62,512 nucleotides of DNA from Trichinella spiralis (lineage: Eukaryota): NCBI RefSeq assembly GCF_000181795.1, contig NW_003526941.1, forward strand, positions 4,491,218-4,553,729, written 5' to 3'. Within the stretch, counting starts at the first letter, position 1, and every line of letters starts with the position of its first letter. The notes beneath the pieces were generated by a model. The model was given only the letters and a program-made list of their open reading frames with translations. It did not search any database and was not told the DNA's origin. The translations under genes were made by a program, and so were the position numbers. Positions 52,310-62,512 of the stretch are shown piece after piece.

Positions 52310-53516
52310 TCATCTATCCTTCAAGTAACAAACAACAAAAACAATCACACTACAGAGACACAAAATACCAACAGCAATGGAACGTTTGTTGTTATCCAAC
52401 ATTTGTGAAAATTCTGAATCATCGTACATCTTGGACTCACCTTTCACAAAATTTTCTGCTATCAAATTTCTAATTTGTTCCATCTTTTCCGAAATTGATT
52501 CAATTTGTGTTTGAATTTTTGTTGAAATCAAATCTCGAATTTCATCAACATCGGCACATGCAGACATTTTTATCATCCCAGCAGAGCTGTTAGCCTAAAA
52601 ATCTAAAATTAATTAATAACAATAACAAATTTGAGCATTGTTTTAAAACAAAAAAAGCAACATTAAAAATTCATCTTGAAAATCAGAAATCAAACACTGT
52701 AATACATAAATATTCTTACCGTGTTGGATCGAGCTAAAGCGAGATAGGCGCGCAGTTCGGCCAGCAGCTGCTGCTGAATTTCTGACGAATCAAGGCTGTT
52801 GGTCGTGACGATTCGTTTCAACTCTACCATTCTTCGTTGATTGTTCACCGTAGTTCCAATAATACCGACCAGCGCCCCAAAAGCCGAACCGATAATTGAC
52901 CAGTATTTTGTTCGTTCACTTTTCTGGCGCTCTTTTTCGTGGCTTTCTCGAAGACTTGCCGACAGCAGGCTGAAAGCTTCCCTTTCGTTTGCCTCGATGT
53001 TGTGGAATTCATCGATCAGTTGTTTTTCTTGTTTCAAAAACGTGTGCTCATCGGTCAATAGCTGTAAATAGCGATCATCCGCACGAGAAGTCTTCTCAAG
53101 TGTTAATTGTAATTGTTTACGCTTCTCTTGCAGCTCGTGAATACGTATCTGATTCTCTCTGCGTTGTTTCTGCATTTCGATGAAAACCTTTTCAGCCTGA
53201 AATTCAAATCCGTATATATTTTTCAACTTTGCTAAATGGAATTTCCATTCAGCATTATTCAGTTCTTTTGGATGAGAAAAAAAACGTCTAATACAACACT
53301 TCAATGTTGCTTACAACAGAGTTGCAACGCAATCTAAGGGGGGAAATTTGTAACAAATGAACAGAATAAAAATATAATACTACTCACTTCGAGAACTTTC
53401 TGTTGCGCAGATCGCACTTCCGTTAACCCGATGAAATTTTCATACTGTCGAATCACACTTTCCAGTTTCGAGTATAGAATATTAAAAGCCTTTTTTCTGA
53501 CAGTCGTTTTCAACAT
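52310..53516 (-). CDS. CCDC51: CCDC51 / MITOK-like mitochondrial coiled-coil membrane protein, at least 3 exons, 5' end uncertain
   Basis: YENFIGLTEVRSAQQKVLE|AEKVF...YLQLLTDEH...EREAFSLLSASLRESHEKERQKSERTKYWSIIGSAFGALVGIIGTTVNN and a C-terminal hydrophobic helix. Confidence 0.87.
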
Positions 53517-54219
53517 TCGTCTCAGGTTCGCGCTCTATTCATATTAAGAACAAATCAAATAATAATGCAATTATACATTCGTCAAAAATTACAACCACTA
53601 CGAGCTATTCTATTTTTACCAATTACAAAAATTTCTCTATATTTTACTTTTACTTTAAACTATTTAAAGAAATGAAGTATATTTCAAAAATTAATCAAAC
53701 ATCGCATGATCAAGTAGGTAAAAAGACAAGTCTAAAATTTACATAAAAGTAAAAGAACCAAATAAAGAACATCTCTACCTTCAATTAAAAATAGTTTCCA
53801 AAGCTGAATTAAAAGTGAAGCAAATTTGAACTAATACGTAAGTAAAAAATTACAAACTCTTAACAAACACTATAAATGAGAATGCTCGGGGTAGCCTTAC
53901 TTTGTCCGCTCCCGTTTTGTCCCAATTTTTCTCATTGGCTGATCACTTATATTCTCATTATCAATGAATTAATATCAATTTGAAATCAACTTTGTAATAA
54001 AATTTTAAATTGAGCACGTTCAAAGTAAAAAACAAATTCATACATTTTTATTTTATACAAATTTAGCATTGCTTGCTGATTAACTTTTTGAAAAGAGAAA
54101 GTTTAAATGTTCATTAAAAGAACCTTTGCATCACTCAAATATTACGGTAGAATGCGCTAGTTTGATCTATTTTAGAATAACACTGGCGAATATCGTCGAA
54201 TTTCAATAAAAGTTATTTA

Positions 54220-57542
<3,323 letters not shown>

Positions 57543-58738
57543 CTTCAGAACTGTTAAATCAATTAATTGTTTTAAATTTGACAATCGTTATTTACAGATA
57601 CTTTTAAATGATCCGTTTCAGCATTGAACACAATTTGAAAAATTGTTTTTATATAAAGCACTTGCATTTGGATATTCGCTTGAAAATTCACATTTTACCA
57701 AACCATACGCATTTTTAAATTAAACAATAAATTTTAGCTTATTAAAAAGAAAATCAAAGCACAGATCTGAGTATATGGAAAAAAACTTAAGTCATTTTGT
57801 ATGAAAACAATTCAGATGTAGGAAAAAATACTCAAAAAAGCATGTAACATACCAGGGGTAGGATAAACTGGATACCATGGACAAATGAACAAGACTGAAA
57901 AAGTTAATACTGTACTAAAATAATTAAATAATTCAAGTTTAACTTACAGTATACTGTTCTTAAAGTACATTTGCACAAATTTAAGAAATTTGGTTTTATT
58001 TTTAAGAAGGGTTATGATTATATTGCAAATAATGCATACTGCTTCACTGCTTGAGTATGTTTCTGCTATTTGACAAAACTTCACCGCTAGGACAATCCCC
58101 TTGCTGAAAACGCAATTTGATTGGGCAAATCTGATCTTCCGTTTCACCTTCAAATCTGCAAGGTCTTTTTTGTCATTCTTCTCTCTGGCTTTTGTCTATG
58201 CGGTGTTCATTTGACGCTGATCACCGCTTGTGTTATTTCACTCATATACGTCAATTTTCTAAATATAATATTCTGCGATTAGAATTATTACACATTACAA
58301 GAGAATGATGAGCTTTTGGAAGCAGTTGGAAGAAAATTGTCTCGACTGACCAGCTACGACGCACAAAAGCGGTTGGATCATTGCTCTAAACGTGGAGAAC
58401 CAGTAACAATGCAGTTTTAGAGGACAGGTAATGATTTTTACACGTTATATACACTTTTATTTTTCTGCAGCAGTTTATTTTGAAAAATAATTTTTTTCAC
58501 TTCCAAGATATGACATTTTTTTCTATTTTACCATCGACAGATACACTAGTTCTACGGTGAATGTGAATTTCATTGACACACAGTTATTAGTTCTTGTTTG
58601 TTTCTTTGATTTTAATAAATTATTGTTTCGCTTTCAGAATGGGTTGAAATGTTCAAATAAATGAAATCCAACAGAAGCTTATAATTAATGATTAACGGGA
58701 AAGCTGAATATTGGTGCCTGTTTACTGTCATTGTTGCC

Positions 58739-59100
58739 CATTATTCCGCAGTGGGTTATTCTCTGTAGCGCAAAACTTCATTTTTGCCATGCCCCGATCC
58801 TATTACTGCGCACTAGCTTATTTTCTGTAGTCCAGAAACTTTGCATAATACATTGCATCCCTTACTCCGCAGTGGGTTATTTTCTTTGACGCAGCAATTC
58901 ATTTTTATCTTGCACCGCGCAATTACTCCGCAGCCACTTATTTTTGGTGACGCAATAATTTTGCATAAAGCACTGCGCCCATTACTCAGCAGCGGGTGAT
59001 TTACCATGGCGCAGCAATTTAGTTCCATCATGCACCGCGACCATTACTCCGCGGCGGCTTATTTTCTCCATTACACAACTTTTTATTTTATTGTGCACCG
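58739..59100. repeat. Diverged tandem minisatellite, six ~60-bp units arranged as ~120-bp dimers
   Basis: ATTACTCCGCAG-like core recurs at about 58741, 58803, 58862, 58923, 58982 and 59044 (spacings 62/59/61/59/62). Confidence 0.88.
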
Positions 59101-59654
59101 CTGTGTATCTGTCAATGCGCAACGCTGTGAACGTCAGGCTATGATTATTATTGTAATCTCATGTTTTAATTTTTTCAAACTTTATTTTTGAATGAACATT
59201 ACCGTTAATAAAGCATTTTTTAATTTTATTTCAATCCAGAGTTTCTACAAAAAAGAAATATGAAAGACTACAGCAGCTTTTGTATCCGTCGACAGCGATC
59301 ATTCATTGATGGTTGATTCATGTTGGTTCATATGTGATAAACGTGTGCTGTTCGAACAAGTGTTGCAATTGATGAAAGTCCAGATACATCCATGAAAGAA
59401 ATTTCATATCTTTCATTTTTCCTTTATGAATATAATTCAAGCAATTCAGTAAAGCTACACACAAGCAGAAGATGGACCGAATCATGCGAAAATTTATGTG
59501 AGTTGAAAATTTCTTAAATATATGTTGTAATTGATTGAAATTATAATTAATCATTGAGATTATAATTTCTTAACATAATCGAGTAATAGAATGTTTATAA
59601 TTATTGTAATTCCGCCTTTGAATTCAGTACCTTAATTTCAAATTGTTTGAAATA

Positions 59655-60435
59655 TTTTTGAAAGAGATTGAAAAATATTTTTTCAAAAGAAAGATTGCAT
59701 TTAGGCTAGGGAGAATAGCACTGCGTGCGGGTTGTTTTTCAATTATGCAAATCAATTTTCTAAGAAACACCAGTGTTATCAGTAACTGAGTGCTTGGTCA
59801 TTGCTTGCTGACGTGCAAACTAGTTCACAGTCGCGCTAGATAATGTTCAACGTGTGAGTTTCATTTGAAGCTAATGGTGTGCGGAAACAGTGGAATGCTG
59901 TGGACACAACACCACACTAAAAGCAATATATATTCACTTTGTGAATGGAATCTAAGTAATTAAATGACACTACACAAACAGAAGATGGATCCCATCTATA
60001 CGATGGCATTTAGTTTGGTAAGTTGCGTATTTTCTACATATATTGCAAACAATTCGAATTGTAAGTTACAGCAGATATTTACATTGCAGTTTCCTTATGT
60101 AAACGAATAACATAATATTTATAATTTTTGAACTATGTCCTTTACGATATTTTATAGTTGTAGCAGTATATCATAAATATTATAAATGTAAATTGTTCCA
60201 ATAATGTACGTTGCTGGGCATGCTAATATTAATTTTTTCAAATCCAACTTTTCAAAAGAGATAGTAAATTTGTTTTACAAAAGAAATTTAATACAAAGAG
60301 CAGGTATGTTGTGGTTTTGCTAGATCGAATGACACTACATGAGGGTTGTTTTTCAATTATGCAAATGAATTTTTCTTGTAACGCTAATGTTATCAATAAC
60401 AGAGCGCTTTCCGTTTGCTTTGTGACGTGGCTATT
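59655..60435 (+). repeat. Diverged direct duplication A/B (about 59655-59820 vs 60250-60435)
   Basis: Identical GGGTTGTTTTTCAATTATGCAAAT plus colinear flanks. Confidence 0.85.
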
Positions 60436-61880
60436 TGCTAATGTACAATTAAAACAAACTGAAACTCATTTCGTATTTCCGTTGGTTTTTGAGCATTTTC
60501 TTGTATTTATATGTATTGTAATCACTTTATATTGTATTTTTAAAAGTTAGATCGTCAGCGAGGCATTAGATGAATTATATTTTTTGTCTGATTTATTTTG
60601 TCAGTTCGCGCAGTTAGTGTGCTAATATTTTGGAGAAAAGATTCTGCGATGAGATTGTTTATGCAGATCACTTTTGAATTTTCAAATCTCAAATTCAGAT
60701 ATGCGTAGGTGTGTTTTGTTTATGTCAATATTTTTGTTATGGCGATTTTTGTCAGAAAGTTTATATTTTGACTGAATTTGACTTTGACTAAATGTCAAGG
60801 TCATTTGTGAATTTTCATATAGTTCTCATTGGTAGAATGTGACAGTGCCTTTCTTCTGTTCGTATTATATCTCGGCACAGGTCACAATTTATCTTCACCA
60901 AAAAGTTGTAATACACTAAAAACCGGTTTATAGCGCAACACTATGCAAATAACGATTTCTATAAAGGTGCCGTGTCATCAGTAAGGGTGCGTTTTTTTCT
61001 TTCACTTACGTGGCAATTGGTAGCGTTGCGAAACGTTCTCTGAGTTCATTGTGGCGTTAAGTTGCCGCTGAAGTGTGTTTTCGAATTATTGAAAAATATT
61101 CCACTTTTCTAATTGTGTCAGAAATTTTAAATAATTAACTTTTAATTGAAAAGATGTTACTTATTACATTTGTTGCAACTCTACTTTGTGATAAAGTGAG
61201 AACAGTTTTGATTTAATATCATTTTTGCAGGTAAAATTAATGAATCAAAGAAAAAGTGAAAATGCGGATAACACGAAGCAGAACCAGAGAAGGCCAGAGG
61301 TAAATGCGATTTCTTGTGTGTGATGATTCTGTGAGACAGGGCTTAGCATAATTAGAAAGTGTGAAGGTATTCCTTAGTTTATTTGAATAATTTAAGTTTG
61401 TAATATATAATATATAAATAAGATGTTTTTCACTGTAAAACTGTACATTTGATTTTTCATATTATGTTACGATTTGGTTAGATTTGATTTTGTTTGGTTA
61501 GTTTTGGCAAAGCAACAAAATAATTTGTCAATTTTCTTGTTATGGCGTTTTTCCACAGGTAGTTTATATTTTGACTGAATTTGAAATACCAAGGTCATTT
61601 CTGAATTTTTGAATAGTGAATTAACTGTGCATTTGAACTCCTTCTCCAAGAAAATTGAAATGAATTCCATTTAATATTGCGCATTTGATGTATTAACGAT
61701 TCGCTTTGCATTAATTTTCAATGTTCCTAATTTCTCAGCTTTAGGTTAGAATCACTTCCTCATCTTGAAAGTTTTCCAATCCACTAAAACTGATTTCTAG
61801 CGCTGCATTATGCAAATAACGATCAATAAAAAATTGCATGATCATCAGTGACTATGAACTTGTCTGTTTGACTTACGTGG
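59745..61880 (+). promoter_or_regulatory. Four copies of a composite ATGCAAAT / T(T/C)ATCA(G/A)T / T(G/T)ACGTG module
   Basis: Octamers at 59745, 60359, 60943 and 61810. Second box at +31/+31/+32/+32. ACGTG box at +64/+64/+63/+63. Confidence 0.6.
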
Positions 61881-62206
61881 CAAGTGGCAAAGTTGTCAAA
61901 CGTTCTCTGTTTCTGTTTTGTCGTTAAGTAATTCCATTTTAATCCATGTTACTATTTCTTGAAAGTGTATATTCAATCATATTATGCTAGCGGTATCTTT
62001 AACTAAAATGATTTATTTCATCTGTTTAAAAATACTTTCTGCAGTATTTCAATTTTGCTAAGTGATAAAACGAGAAAATCTTAGATACAACATTTAGTAT
62101 TCTTGCAGATACGACAAATGAAGAAACGAAAAAGTGGAAAAAGGACGACACGCAGCAAATAGGGCACTAAGCGAAACAGAACAAGAAAAGACAAAAGGTA
62201 AATGCG
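60735..62206 (+). repeat. Diverged direct duplication C/D (about 60735-61308 vs 61538-62206)
   Basis: Shared TGTTATGGCG, AGTTTATATTTTGACTGAATTTGA, CAAGGTCATTT, CACTAAAA, TATGCAAATAACGAT, ACTTACGTGGCAA, AAACGTTCTCTG and AG|GTAAATGCG, in the same order. Confidence 0.88.
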
Positions 62207-62512
62207 TCACATACCCTTCCAGCATCAGTTCAGGGTTGTATACTTGCTCAACATACGTCCACCGCCTAATCAGCGTGGAATACCCCCCCCCTACCACGCC
62301 TCAAGTACACATTCATATTTGTGAACCCCATCGCCGTTATTGTATACCTGCACACCACATTTCCAACGCATAATCAGAGTAGAATCCTGGCCCCCTACCA
62401 CTCCACAACCTACCCAGTGTAGTGGACACAATTGTCATTGTGGACACCAGTCATTCGGCCTGCTATTCCCTGACGCTCCCTGCCCATCACCCGTCAATTT
62501 TTATACACCCGC

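Noticed and set aside
58739..59100. CRISPR-like appearance of the ~60-bp periodic repeat
   Set aside because: Units are degenerate along their whole length, the 'spacers' are homologous to one another, the context is eukaryotic, and no cas gene is present.

Overview
AT-rich eukaryotic genomic DNA with short GT-AG introns and a cuticle-collagen gene, so a nematode; intron style and gene content suggest a clade I species such as Trichinella (inference). After an assembly gap (111-275) I could reconstruct 11 protein-coding genes by hand-splicing: ATP8B-type P4 flippase (-), GTF2H3 (+), proteasome beta-2 (-), an SLC12 cation-chloride cotransporter (-), TBCD (-), cuticle collagen (+), NDUFS4 (+), SS18 (+), a Pax2/5/8 gene spread over about 16 kb (+), CCDC51 (-) and MELK/pig-1 (+). 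The last ~4 kb is an accessory region with a 60/120-bp minisatellite and diverged tandem duplicates. The best leads are: (1) a four-copy, spacing-conserved octamer / ATCAGT / ACGTG cis-regulatory module, mostly followed by short homologous exons; (2) an SLC12 transporter that keeps the Na+ site but has lost both tyrosines that bind K+ and Cl- in NKCC1; (3) at least three in-frame alternative 5' ends for the Pax gene; (4) an NDUFS4-SS18 operon-like pair; (5) a duplicated ~80-bp element in two Pax introns; and (6) a possible unannotated Cys-rich secreted-protein gene at 19-20 kb. All exon models and homologies come from reading the sequence and from recalled family motifs. No searches were run.
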